Virus record (IMG/VR): IMGVR_UViG_3300033463_000015
DNA length: 64,000 nt
Origin: a virus
Lineage: Duplodnaviria > Caudoviricetes
Direction: 5' to 3' (one strand)
Positions within the stretch are counted from its first letter, which is position 1, and every line of letters begins with the position of its first letter. The translations under genes were made by a program, and so were the position numbers. The notes below the pieces were generated by a model. It was given only the letters and a program-made list of their open reading frames with translations. It made no database searches and was not told the origin of the DNA. Below, one piece after another: positions 34,482-43,262 of the stretch.

Positions 34482-34811
34482 ATGACTAAGGCTACTCTGT
34501 CTGCTCTGGTTTCCATCGTGGTTGACTCTGACGTGGAGGACAAGGACGCGATTCTCACGGAACTGAACAAGGAACTCCATCGCGGTGACGCCGTGAAGGC
34601 CGAGAAGGCGCAGACGTATGACAGCGCGTGGGAGTCCGTGCGCGAGATTCTCGCCACCGCGTCCAATGGTGCGACCGTGGCCGAGATTTTCGACAGTCTC
34701 GGTGAGGGCGTGCTGACCAAGGGTCAGCTCACCTACGCCCTCGGCCACCAGTGGGCTGACCTCGTGGTCAAGACCACTGGCAAGGTGAACACCTACGCCC
34801 TCAAGGCGTAA
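34482..34811 (+). CDS. Family B protein
   Basis: Paralog of 31874. Confidence 0.85.
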   Translation: MTKATLSALVSIVVDSDVEDKDAILTELNKELHRGDAVKAEKAQTYDSAWESVREILATASNGATVAEIFDSLGEGVLTKGQLTYALGHQWADLVVKTTGKVNTYALKA

Positions 34812-35011
34812 GGCTCACCCCTCCCGAATGCCACCCCTATGGGGTGGCATTTCATTTTGATTTCATAATAGTTAGTTAGTCATAACTAACTCGGCCGGCA
34901 TTTTATTTCGTGCCGGCGCAAAATTTCCCCTGGCAAAATTGCAAAAACCTCTTGACATCCAAACCCCTTTGCGGTATAATCAAGATGTACCAAATGAAAG
35001 GGGTTATCAAG

Positions 35012-35539
35012 ATGAAGAACGATTACGAAGTCCGCGCCGCTAAGTTCGCCCCCATCCTCGTCCGCCTGTTCGCCGCGTGCGCGACCCTCGCTGATTTCGA
35101 GGACGCCATCTGCGAGTACAATTCTACCCACAGCATCCAGCTTCACTATGCTCACGGCGTGTCCCGCATCGCCATCCTGCGCGCGGATTATGTCATCAAG
35201 TTTGACCTTGTGCCCGAAGAGAGTTGGACGAACGATGATGGCACTTGCCGCGCGGGTGATAACTCCACCGAGGCCGAAGTCTATGCCCGCGCCGAGCGTG
35301 AGGGCTATGCCTATCTGCTTGCCAAGACTACTGTGCTCCATATCGGTGGACGTTGCGTGTCCATTATGCCGCGCGTCGATGGCGTCGATGATTGGCATCG
35401 GTATTGGGGTGACTATGTGACCGATGAGGAATACGACTGGCTCGACTGGAACATCCACGACATCCACGAGGGCAATGTTGGCTACCGCAAGGGCAAGCCC
35501 GTAGTCATCGACTACGGATGGGATGGGAATATGTATTAA
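35012..35539 (+). CDS. Protein kinase-like (minimal PKL fold)
   Basis: GVSR..YVIKF, conserved E, HDIHEGNVG, VVIDYG; paralog of 46187. Confidence 0.75.
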   Translation: MKNDYEVRAAKFAPILVRLFAACATLADFEDAICEYNSTHSIQLHYAHGVSRIAILRADYVIKFDLVPEESWTNDDGTCRAGDNSTEAEVYARAEREGYAYLLAKTTVLHIGGRCVSIMPRVDGVDDWHRYWGDYVTDEEYDWLDWNIHDIHEGNVGYRKGKPVVIDYGWDGNMY

Positions 35540-35658
35540 TATTCCCATTTCGTTTTGCCGGCGCGAAAATTTCCCTGGCGAAACGCGAAAAAACCTCTTG
35601 ACAAAACCCCTCCCCTATGATAAAATTAAGTTGTACCAAGCGAAAGGAGCAAGGCAAA

Positions 35659-36375
35659 ATGAAGGAACTGTATCTCGTATTCGATGGCGAAGTTGCGAAT
35701 TGCCCCAAGGATGAGAAGGGTCAGCTTGACCTCACGAGCGGTCAGGTGTATGACAGCGGTTGGGCTATCGTAGATAATGAAGGTCGCGTGTATTGCGAAC
35801 GTTCGTTCGTCAATAGTGATGTCTTCTACGGTATGCCGCAGGCTATGGGCGAAGCGTTCTTCGCGGACAAGATTCCGCAATACAAGCAGGACATCCGCGA
35901 GGGCAAGCGCATTGTCCGCAACACGTGGGGCATTTGGCGTCAGCTTCGGCAGGATTGCGAGGACTACAAGGTCAAGGCCATCATCGCCCACAATGCGCGG
36001 TTTGATGTGCGGACGATGAACACCACGATGCGCTATCAGACCAAGAGCAAGCGGCGTTACTTCTTCCCCTATGGTATGCCTGTGTGGGACACGATGAAGA
36101 TGGCCGCGGACACTATCTGCAAGCGTGCCGACTATGTGGCCTTCTGTGAGGAACACGACTATATGACCAAGCACAAGGTGCCGCAGGTGCGCAAGACTGC
36201 CGAGATTCTGTGGCGTTTCCTCACTGGTGACGATGACTTCGCCGAGTCGCATACTGGCCTTGAGGATGTCAAGATTGAAGCACAGATTTTCGCGGCGTGC
36301 GTGCGGATGCACAAGGCGATGGAACGTGATGCGGAACTTGAACCCGATGACATCGAACAGCGGTGGGCTCTTTGA
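35659..36375 (+). CDS. DEDDh 3'-5' exonuclease
   Basis: VFDGE, AHNARFD, ESHTGLED; paralog of 33109. Confidence 0.9.
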   Translation: MKELYLVFDGEVANCPKDEKGQLDLTSGQVYDSGWAIVDNEGRVYCERSFVNSDVFYGMPQAMGEAFFADKIPQYKQDIREGKRIVRNTWGIWRQLRQDCEDYKVKAIIAHNARFDVRTMNTTMRYQTKSKRRYFFPYGMPVWDTMKMAADTICKRADYVAFCEEHDYMTKHKVPQVRKTAEILWRFLTGDDDFAESHTGLEDVKIEAQIFAACVRMHKAMERDAELEPDDIEQRWAL

Positions 36376-36467
36376 GCCCGCCGTTTTCGCGCCGGCATAA
36401 AAAATTAGGCTTGACTAACTCAACACTATGCGGTATAATAAGGGTGTAAAGAAGAGGAGGAATTCCA

Positions 36468-36641
36468 ATGTTCAAGATTGAGTATGAGTACAATGGCCGC
36501 ACTATGACTTTCGATTTCATTTTCCATAGCTTTTGGGCCGCAAGCCTTAAGGCGCGTGACATCTCTAACGCCTTCCACACCAACGCCTATGTGTACAACC
36601 TTCACACGGGCGTCTATGTGGCGCATTACTGGGGCGATTGA
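36468..36641 (+). CDS. Hypothetical protein (57 aa)
   Basis: Promoter, GGAGG RBS. Confidence 0.7.
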   Translation: MFKIEYEYNGRTMTFDFIFHSFWAASLKARDISNAFHTNAYVYNLHTGVYVAHYWGD

Positions 36642-36723
36642 CCCAGTTTTGCCGGCGCAAAAGTTAGGCTTGACTAACTCCTGGGTTTCGTGATACAATA
36701 AGGGTGAAAGGAAGGTGCTAAGA

Positions 36724-36861
36724 ATGAAGGTTTATCTCCGTAATTGCAAAGGACAGCAGACAATCCGTGAACTGAAACTGAGTCAAATTGTACGCATTTG
36801 GTTGTATCAAATGGTTCACGTGCGGAAAGAAGAGCGTTGCATTATGAAAATTCTTTTCTAA
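36724..36861 (+). CDS. Hypothetical protein (45 aa)
   Basis: Promoter and RBS. Confidence 0.55.
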   Translation: MKVYLRNCKGQQTIRELKLSQIVRIWLYQMVHVRKEERCIMKILF

Positions 36862-36924
36862 AAACTCTTGACAAAACTCAAATCATCGTGTATAATAAAA
36901 ATACTCCAAGAGGGAGTAGAAAGG

Positions 36925-37362
36925 ATGACAACGATGACGATTTGGTTCGATATGGATGGCACGATTGCTGACCTCTATGGCGTGGATGGATGGCTTGACA
37001 ACCTCATCAACGAGAACACCCGCCCCTATGATGAAGCGAAGCCGCTTGTGAACATGGCACACCTTGCGCGGCTTCTCCACAAGGCGCAGGCGAATGGTTA
37101 TGAAATCGGTATCATCTCGTGGACTTCCCGCGGTGGCTCTGACCTCTACAATGGCGAGGTTGCCCTTGCTAAAATGGTATGGCTTCATAAGCATCTGCCC
37201 TCTGTGGAATGGGATGCCATCAAGATTGTGGCCTATGGCACGAACAAGCGCACCGCGTGTGGTGGTGGCATCCTGTTCGATGACGAAGAGCCGAACCGCA
37301 AGGCGTGGGGCGAAGGTGCTTTCACCCCTGACGAAATCATCCGCGTGCTGAAGGGTATCTAA
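36925..37362 (+). CDS. HAD-family phosphatase
   Basis: FDMDGTIA, ILFDDE; paralog of 23821. Confidence 0.85.
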   Translation: MTTMTIWFDMDGTIADLYGVDGWLDNLINENTRPYDEAKPLVNMAHLARLLHKAQANGYEIGIISWTSRGGSDLYNGEVALAKMVWLHKHLPSVEWDAIKIVAYGTNKRTACGGGILFDDEEPNRKAWGEGAFTPDEIIRVLKGI

Positions 37363-37601
37363 TTACCCTTTTTTCGTGCCGGCGCGGCAGTTAGTTATGA
37401 CTATATAACGAATCAGCCCTGGCGATTGTCAAAAATTTGTCAAAGAAAATTTGAAAAAATGCTTGACAGAAATCAAAATTGGAGTATAATTAATATTGTC
37501 AGGAGGGGACAGGGACACCACCCACGGAGGGCAAACCTCCGAGGCCGAAAAAAGTTCCGCGACCTCTTGACAGAGCGTCACACCCTGTGCTATAATAGGA
37601 C

Positions 37602-37700
37602 TGTAAGAAGGAGATGATACCCTTGGAGTAGAGAAAGGCCGCTAGCCGCGGATGGTGCGGAATTGCCAAAGCGCTTCCCTACCGCGTAGGCCGCAAAGAA
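37602..37700 (+). other. Amber minigene + hairpin element, copy 2 (TTG-GAG-TAG)
   Basis: Own promoter, AAGGAG RBS, TTG 37623 (or in-frame ATG 37614), TAG 37629-37631. Confidence 0.6.
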
Positions 37701-37828
37701 GAGCGCAAAATTTCCTCCGAAAAACCCTTGACAAACACCACAGGATGTGGTACAATAAAGATGTTCCAAGAGGGAACACGAAAACGATCGGGAAGGAAAA
37801 CCCAACCAAACCAGAAAGGATGTGCCCT

Positions 37829-38161
37829 ATGAAGGTTTCCACTCTGTCCGCTGTGTACAATGCCCTGACCAACTACGGCTATGCCGATGAGACCGTGATG
37901 GCTGACCTGTACGCCGAGATTCACAAGGGCGACAAGGTCAAGGCCGAAAAGGCCGCGCTGTATGAGGATGCCAAGCCCATCGTCTTCGGCGTCTTCGCCC
38001 TGACTGACAAGCCCCTGACCGTGGCTGAGATTTGGGAGAACATCGAGGGCAATGTCCCCGAGGGCTTCACCAAGTCCAAGCTGTCTTACGCCCTGACCCA
38101 CAACTGGGCCGATGAGGTCGTGAAGGTCACGGGCAAGACCAACGCCTACACCAAGGCGTGA
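37829..38161 (+). CDS. Family B protein
   Basis: LTVAEIWENIEGNVPEGFTKSKLSYALTHNW. Confidence 0.85.
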   Translation: MKVSTLSAVYNALTNYGYADETVMADLYAEIHKGDKVKAEKAALYEDAKPIVFGVFALTDKPLTVAEIWENIEGNVPEGFTKSKLSYALTHNWADEVVKVTGKTNAYTKA

Positions 38162-38196
38162 CCCTCTATGGGAGGGCGCAAGCCCTCCCACCTCTT

Positions 38197-38271
38197 ACCC
38201 CATTGGCTCAATGGTAGAGCAACTGACTCTTAATCAGTGGGTTGCGGGTTCGAGTCCCGTGTGGGGTACCA
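38197..38271 (+). tRNA. tRNA-Lys(CTT)
   Basis: Acceptor ACCCCAT/GTGGGGT, anticodon arm ACTGA-CTCTTAA-TCAGT, GGTTCGAGTCC T-arm, encoded CCA. Confidence 0.95.
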
Positions 38272-38517
38272 GTGCCGCCTTAGGTGCGGCTTTTTATTTA
38301 TCGCAAAATTAGTTATATAGTTATAACTAACTCGCGGCCGGCACAAAATTAGGCTTGACTAACCAGGAGTTATGTGTTATAATAAGGGTGTCAAGAGGGA
38401 GAGAACCCCACCGCAAAAGGATGAGCGGGTGGCCCCGATTGGGTGGCGGACTCCAAAAAAGTCTTGACAAAAATCAAAAATTGATGTATAATGTAGAGGA
38501 AGAAAGGGGAAGAGACT

Positions 38518-38763
38518 ATGACTAATGTGTATGTGCTCACCAACGAAACCGATGGCAATTCTGTGATTGGCGTCTACTCCACGATGAAGAAGGCCATCAA
38601 TGCCCTCTTCAACGCCGCGGAGACCCTTGAGGTCGTTAGCTCTTGTATGGAGTCTGTGGGCGTGCGCTTCGTGTTCCTCGCGGGGACTGTCCCTGTGCGC
38701 TACTACATCGAAGAGGTCGAACTCGATGAGACCCTCTTCCTGCAGAAGAGCGACCTCTATTGA
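38518..38763 (+). CDS. Hypothetical protein (81 aa)
   Basis: Promoter and RBS. Confidence 0.8.
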   Translation: MTNVYVLTNETDGNSVIGVYSTMKKAINALFNAAETLEVVSSCMESVGVRFVFLAGTVPVRYYIEEVELDETLFLQKSDLY

Positions 38764-38772
38764 TAAGGAGCG

Positions 38773-39213
38773 ATGAAGATGACCAAACTTCAAGCAGTCC
38801 GCAAGTTTGCTAATGCTGTGGCACAGCAGAAGGTTGTCATTGCGCGCAATCACATCACCAAAAATTGGGCAATGTCACAGGATGAATTGCGTATGCTCAC
38901 GCCCACGAATTTCAACTATGAACCCGATGAAGGTGATGAAGCCTTCCGCATCGACTTTACCCATCGGTATGCCCCCGCTAATGAATTGATGGACATCACC
39001 ATCACTATTCTCCACGAAATCGGTCACTATTTTACCCGCTTTGACTATGATGCGGATGAAGATTACCACTTACGGCGTGCGGCCGCGAATATGAGTGAAT
39101 ATCTCCGCATTCCGTGTGAGCGTCTCGCTACTGATTGGGCGATTGCGTGGCTTCATGACCTTGAGCATTGGGCCATTGCTAAGCAATTTGAAGCGGACTT
39201 TATGGGTAAGTAA
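38773..39213 (+). CDS. Zincin-like metallopeptidase (ImmA/IrrE-like)
   Basis: ILHEIGH followed by E..A..WA. Confidence 0.7.
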   Translation: MKMTKLQAVRKFANAVAQQKVVIARNHITKNWAMSQDELRMLTPTNFNYEPDEGDEAFRIDFTHRYAPANELMDITITILHEIGHYFTRFDYDADEDYHLRRAAANMSEYLRIPCERLATDWAIAWLHDLEHWAIAKQFEADFMGK

Positions 39214-39354
39214 TTGCCCATATTTTCTGCCGGCGCGCTTGTGAAAAACTTAACAAAGAAAAATGCACAAAGCCCTTGACAATCACAAACCGATGGTGTA
39301 TAATCTAACTGTAATCAAGGGAAGGACACCCTACAAACCGAAAGGAGAATCTCT

Positions 39355-39708
39355 ATGGCGAAGATGAGCAAGCCTCAGGTGGATGCAGAACTGCGGGCGC
39401 GTGTGTTCAATGACCTCATCGAAGGTGCGGATACTGCTCTCCAGTATTGGCACATCAACGACCGCCAGTATGGCGCTCTGCTGAAGGACGCGAATGGCGA
39501 ACAGCGGTATGTCCGTATCGGTGTCATCGTGGCGGAACAGCGCGAGGATATGACTGCCGAGGAACTGATGGAGTCCGAGGTCAATGCGTATCGCGCCAAG
39601 CAGGAGGCCAAGGCCGAAAAGGCCAAGGCCAAAGAGGAAAAGATTGCCCGCGACAAAGCGCGGCGCGAGGCCAAGGAAAAGGAGGCGCAGGAAAATGTCG
39701 AAGGATGA
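39355..39708 (+). CDS. Family C protein
   Basis: Similar to 32574-32963. Confidence 0.85.
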   Translation: MAKMSKPQVDAELRARVFNDLIEGADTALQYWHINDRQYGALLKDANGEQRYVRIGVIVAEQREDMTAEELMESEVNAYRAKQEAKAEKAKAKEEKIARDKARREAKEKEAQENVEG

Positions 39709-39883
39709 GATGGTTTGCCCCAAGTGCGGGAGCGAGGACTATGAGATTGGGGACTACGGCGAGAACTTCAACGATGAAGACTACTACTCCCGTTGGTGGC
39801 TCTGTCGTTGCGGAAAGTGCGGCTACTGCTATGAGGTGGAAAAGATTTACAATCTTGTCCGCACTCTGGTGAATGGGAACTAA
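39695..39883 (+). CDS. Zn-ribbon protein (62 aa)
   Basis: CPKCG...CGKCG. Confidence 0.8.
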   Translation: MSKDEMVCPKCGSEDYEIGDYGENFNDEDYYSRWWLCRCGKCGYCYEVEKIYNLVRTLVNGN

Positions 39884-39994
39884 TGTTCCCATTCGCCGCC
39901 GGCAAATTAGGCTTGACTAACTCGTCAAGATGGTATATAATAAGGGTGAAAATAAGGAAAGGAAAATCCTAAACACCAGAAAGGATGATGAAGT

Positions 39995-40234
39995 ATGAAC
40001 CCGAATCGCCCTATCATTTGCAACATTCACAACTATGAGGATATGAGCGTTGAGGAAATCAATGCTCTGATTGACGGACTGTGTGGTCTGCGGCAGAATA
40101 AGCTTTCTGAAACAGCAGATAAGCACGCAGAGAGATTGAGCAATCTCATTTGCGACATTATGGACGATGGCTTTGTAGTCTATTGTAATGGAAACCAAAT
40201 TGAGCCTTGTGACCTTGATGTGCGTATTGATTAA
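39995..40234 (+). CDS. Hypothetical protein (79 aa)
   Basis: Promoter, RBS, downstream hairpin. Confidence 0.8.
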   Translation: MNPNRPIICNIHNYEDMSVEEINALIDGLCGLRQNKLSETADKHAERLSNLICDIMDDGFVVYCNGNQIEPCDLDVRID

Positions 40235-40344
40235 GGGGTAATAAATTACCCCTTATTTTCGCCGGCAAGAAAATTAGGCTTGACTAACTATCTGTCTTAT
40301 GATATAATCAAACTGTAAAAAGAAATAATCAAGGAGGAATCACG

Positions 40345-40620
40345 ATGGACGAATTTGAGATAAGTATGCGCATTGCTGAACTGGAAGACGAACTTGACCA
40401 GTTGCGTCTTGAAAATGACTCTTTGCGCCAGCGGCTTTGCGACAAGAAGTATCGGTATCAAATGATTACGGTATATGGCCAAGCCAGCAAGGTCGAAAGG
40501 AGCAACGACATTTCTATCTTGCTTCAAGCCGCATCCATCTATCTGTACGACCGCGACTGTACTATGCTTTCTATCTATGATTTCAAGGAAGGCCGCGACA
40601 TCTTTAACTACAGCCGTTAA
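40345..40620 (+). CDS. Hypothetical coiled-coil protein (91 aa)
   Basis: Promoter, AGGAGG RBS. Confidence 0.8.
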   Translation: MDEFEISMRIAELEDELDQLRLENDSLRQRLCDKKYRYQMITVYGQASKVERSNDISILLQAASIYLYDRDCTMLSIYDFKEGRDIFNYSR

Positions 40621-40695
40621 GGTGCCGGCCAAAAATTAGGCTTGACTAACTACCCTCTGTGTGATACAATAGGGGTGTAGAAAGGAAGGATGACA

Positions 40696-40845
40696 ATGTT
40701 CCGCAAAGTGTGTGCCGCTCTCGGCGCTATCCTGTTGGCTATGGGTCTCCTGTGGGGCGCGTTCAATCACGCATGGCTGTGGGCAGTCCTTCCCGCATTC
40801 ATCCTGATGGCTATCGGTAGCATTAAAATTACCGATGACGAATAA
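40696..40845 (+). CDS. Small two-helix membrane protein (49 aa)
   Basis: Promoter, RBS, two hydrophobic segments. Confidence 0.7.
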   Translation: MFRKVCAALGAILLAMGLLWGAFNHAWLWAVLPAFILMAIGSIKITDDE

Positions 40846-40911
40846 AACCTCTTGACAAACCCCTCCCCATATGCTATAATAAGAGCGTACCAAACGAAAG
40901 GAGCGAACAAA

Positions 40912-41202
40912 ATGCGCGACATCAAGAACGGCACCTACAATGGCAATATGACCTTCTGCCCTGTGAACTGTTGGAACGAGGACGATTGCCCCTATGCCCA
41001 CGAGGGTATCTGCCACATCGATGACCCCGTGGAGGATTGCGATGACTTCGCCGCGTTCTTCCCCTCTTGGGAAGACTGGGAAGACGCGGACGATGTTGAC
41101 CCCGATGCTCCCACGGACTTCTCGCAGGAAGAAATGTGGTGGGCCACGCAGACCTTCGGTTTCAATACTGAAGAAGCAAGAGAGGATGATGACGATGCTT
41201 GA
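40912..41202 (+). CDS. Cys-rich acidic protein (96 aa)
   Basis: Five Cys in the N-terminal half, acidic tail; AAGGAG RBS. Confidence 0.8.
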   Translation: MRDIKNGTYNGNMTFCPVNCWNEDDCPYAHEGICHIDDPVEDCDDFAAFFPSWEDWEDADDVDPDAPTDFSQEEMWWATQTFGFNTEEAREDDDDA

Positions 41203-41547
41203 TACCTTTGTTGTACTGTGCCAGATTCTCTTTATCATTGCTATCATCGTTCATAATATGAACGGAAATAGGGGTAAGTAATTACCCTTATTTTTCGCCG
41301 GCGCGATTGTTAAAAACTTAACAATCCTAATTTTGAAAAAACACTTGACATATCCCAAATTTGCGGTATAATAGAATTGTTCCAAGGGACACCACCCACA
41401 CCCCAGTTGCCAAGTCGCGGTTCAAACTCAAAAAAAGTTTGCGAAACCCCTTGACAAGCACCCCAAAGTGTGGTACAATGAGAATGTCCCAAGGGACAAG
41501 AAAAAGAAAAGACAAGGCCAGTCTCAAAAACCAGAAAGGGTAACCAC

Positions 41548-41883
41548 ATGAAGCGCAACACCATCCAGTCTCTCGTTTCCTTCCTCAATGGCGAGACCGT
41601 GACCAACCTCGACGAGATCAAGGCCGAACTCGAGGCCGAACTGAACAAGGGCGCGGTCGCCAAGGCCGAGAAGGACGCGGGCTATGAGGCCGCGTGGGAC
41701 ATCGTCCGCAGTGTCTTCGCCCTAACCACGGCTCCCCTGACCGTGGCGGAAATCTTCGAGCAGGTCGAGGAGACCCTGCCCGAGGGCTTCACCAAGGGCA
41801 AGGTGCAGTATGGCCTCACTCACCAGTGGGCTGACCGCGTGGTGAAGATTGAGGGCAAGCCCAACACCTACCGCCTCGCGTGA
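41548..41883 (+). CDS. Family B protein
   Basis: Paralog of 31874. Confidence 0.85.
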   Translation: MKRNTIQSLVSFLNGETVTNLDEIKAELEAELNKGAVAKAEKDAGYEAAWDIVRSVFALTTAPLTVAEIFEQVEETLPEGFTKGKVQYGLTHQWADRVVKIEGKPNTYRLA

Positions 41884-42029
41884 GGCGGGGAGGGCTTCGG
41901 CCCTCTTTTCTTTTGGGCGCAAGTTAGTCGTGACTAACTGGCCGGCACGAAATTTTTTTAAAAAGGTATTGACAAAAAGATTCCTTTGGCTTATAATAAA
42001 GGTGTTCCAAGAGAAAAGGAGGATGAAGT

Positions 42030-42251
42030 ATGTATAACCACAGGAGTATCTACGAACCTATCCGCGAACCCATTCGTTACGAATTCGATACGCGATACAA
42101 GGATGGCCGCGTTGAAGCCAAGGTTGGCAACGATGGGCCCTCCCTTGTCATCGAAGCGCTCACTGCTCTCAACAATCCCGAAGTGAATAGCGTGAGTGTG
42201 TGGGACTTCGTGGAACAGCGTTACCTCATCATCCAGACCAAAGAGCGGTAA
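42030..42251 (+). CDS. Hypothetical protein (73 aa)
   Basis: Promoter, AGGAGG RBS. Confidence 0.8.
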   Translation: MYNHRSIYEPIREPIRYEFDTRYKDGRVEAKVGNDGPSLVIEALTALNNPEVNSVSVWDFVEQRYLIIQTKER

Positions 42252-42349
42252 GAAATTTTCAAAAAGGTATTGACAAATAAAATAAAATGAGTATAATAGA
42301 AGATGAAGAAAGGACAAGGACAGTCCGTAAAACCAGAAAGGAATAACAT

Positions 42350-42778
42350 ATGACCACCATCGAGACCATTCGTGACATCACCGTGACCGCTAAAGTTGCC
42401 AATCGCATTGCACAGGAAACGAAAGCAGAACTCGCGCGGCTCAAGCTTGAAAAGGCCACCATCGAATTCTGCGAAAACTATGTTGAAGCCGAAATTTTGA
42501 ACGCGGCAACCGAAGGAATTGGTTGCGTTTATCTGCCCACGTTTGGTAGGATGCAGTATAGTGATGCTGATGAATGGTATCCTTTGAAGACTGATACTTA
42601 CCGCTATGCCAATGGTGATGAGTCTCTTGTTCCTGACCAGACTAAACCCGCGATTAGTATTGCGTATCTTACCAATTATCTTGAACATCGCGGTTTCACT
42701 GTCACGGTTGAGAAAAGGTATTATATGCAGTATAGTTGGGGTCAGCAGAAGGGACACCGCATCCGCATCTCTTGGTAA
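42350..42778 (+). CDS. Hypothetical protein (142 aa)
   Basis: Promoter, RBS, terminator; I..AA..G...ISW pattern shared with 45916, 50170, 50406. Confidence 0.8.
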   Translation: MTTIETIRDITVTAKVANRIAQETKAELARLKLEKATIEFCENYVEAEILNAATEGIGCVYLPTFGRMQYSDADEWYPLKTDTYRYANGDESLVPDQTKPAISIAYLTNYLEHRGFTVTVEKRYYMQYSWGQQKGHRIRISW

Positions 42779-42815
42779 GGGTAGGAAACTACCCTTTTTT
42801 TCGTGCCGGCAAGTT

Positions 42816-43262
42816 TTACATAGACTTGCACGACCATTCATACTGGCGACCATTGATAGACTGAAGCGTTTCAAACGCCATCGCCACATAGGTGAAGAAC
42901 TTATTGCGCGCACCCTTCAACGTGTTCACATTCATACAGCGGAAGTGGTCATTGCCGCGATGTTCCATATTGCAGTTAGCATCATACATAGACCGCACAT
43001 ATGCTTCAATGAACAGCCTATCAGCGTGCGTCCCTTCAAACTCAACATACAGATCAATAGGCGTATCCACAGTATACTTGCGGCCATCAAGATTCTTTGA
43101 CTCTCCAATCTTAATGGTGGCATCCATTTCAAAATAATTCTTGGCTTCCATTTCAGTATACTCATTCGCGCGGTCAAGATACCACTGCTTTGCCTGTTTG
43201 AAGTTCTGCCAACCATATCCATCGGTGTAGTAAGTTGCAAAGTAAATGTAGCTCAGTTCCAT
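42816..43262 (-). CDS. Possible GIY-YIG/T5orf172-like protein
   Basis: YIYFA...IKIGES.NLDGR...LFIE pattern; own promoter and AGGAGG. Confidence 0.55.
   Translation of the reverse strand: MELSYIYFATYYTDGYGWQNFKQAKQWYLDRANEYTEMEAKNYFEMDATIKIGESKNLDGRKYTVDTPIDLYVEFEGTHADRLFIEAYVRSMYDANCNMEHRGNDHFRCMNVNTLKGARNKFFTYVAMAFETLQSINGRQYEWSCKSM

Noticed and set aside
38197-38271. Amber suppressor tRNA
   Set aside because: The anticodon is CTT (Lys), not CTA.
21719-41940. Integron attC sites
   Set aside because: Order is GTTAG...CTAAC within 18 bp, the reverse of RYYYAAC...GTTRRRY; no long attC hairpins or integrase seen.
22663-43137. Long antisense/alternate-frame ORFs in the track (e.g. 26224-26985+, 30262-30894-, 35626-36312-)
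   Set aside because: Shadows of GC3-rich genes; they lack RBS/promoters and run across intergenic motifs.
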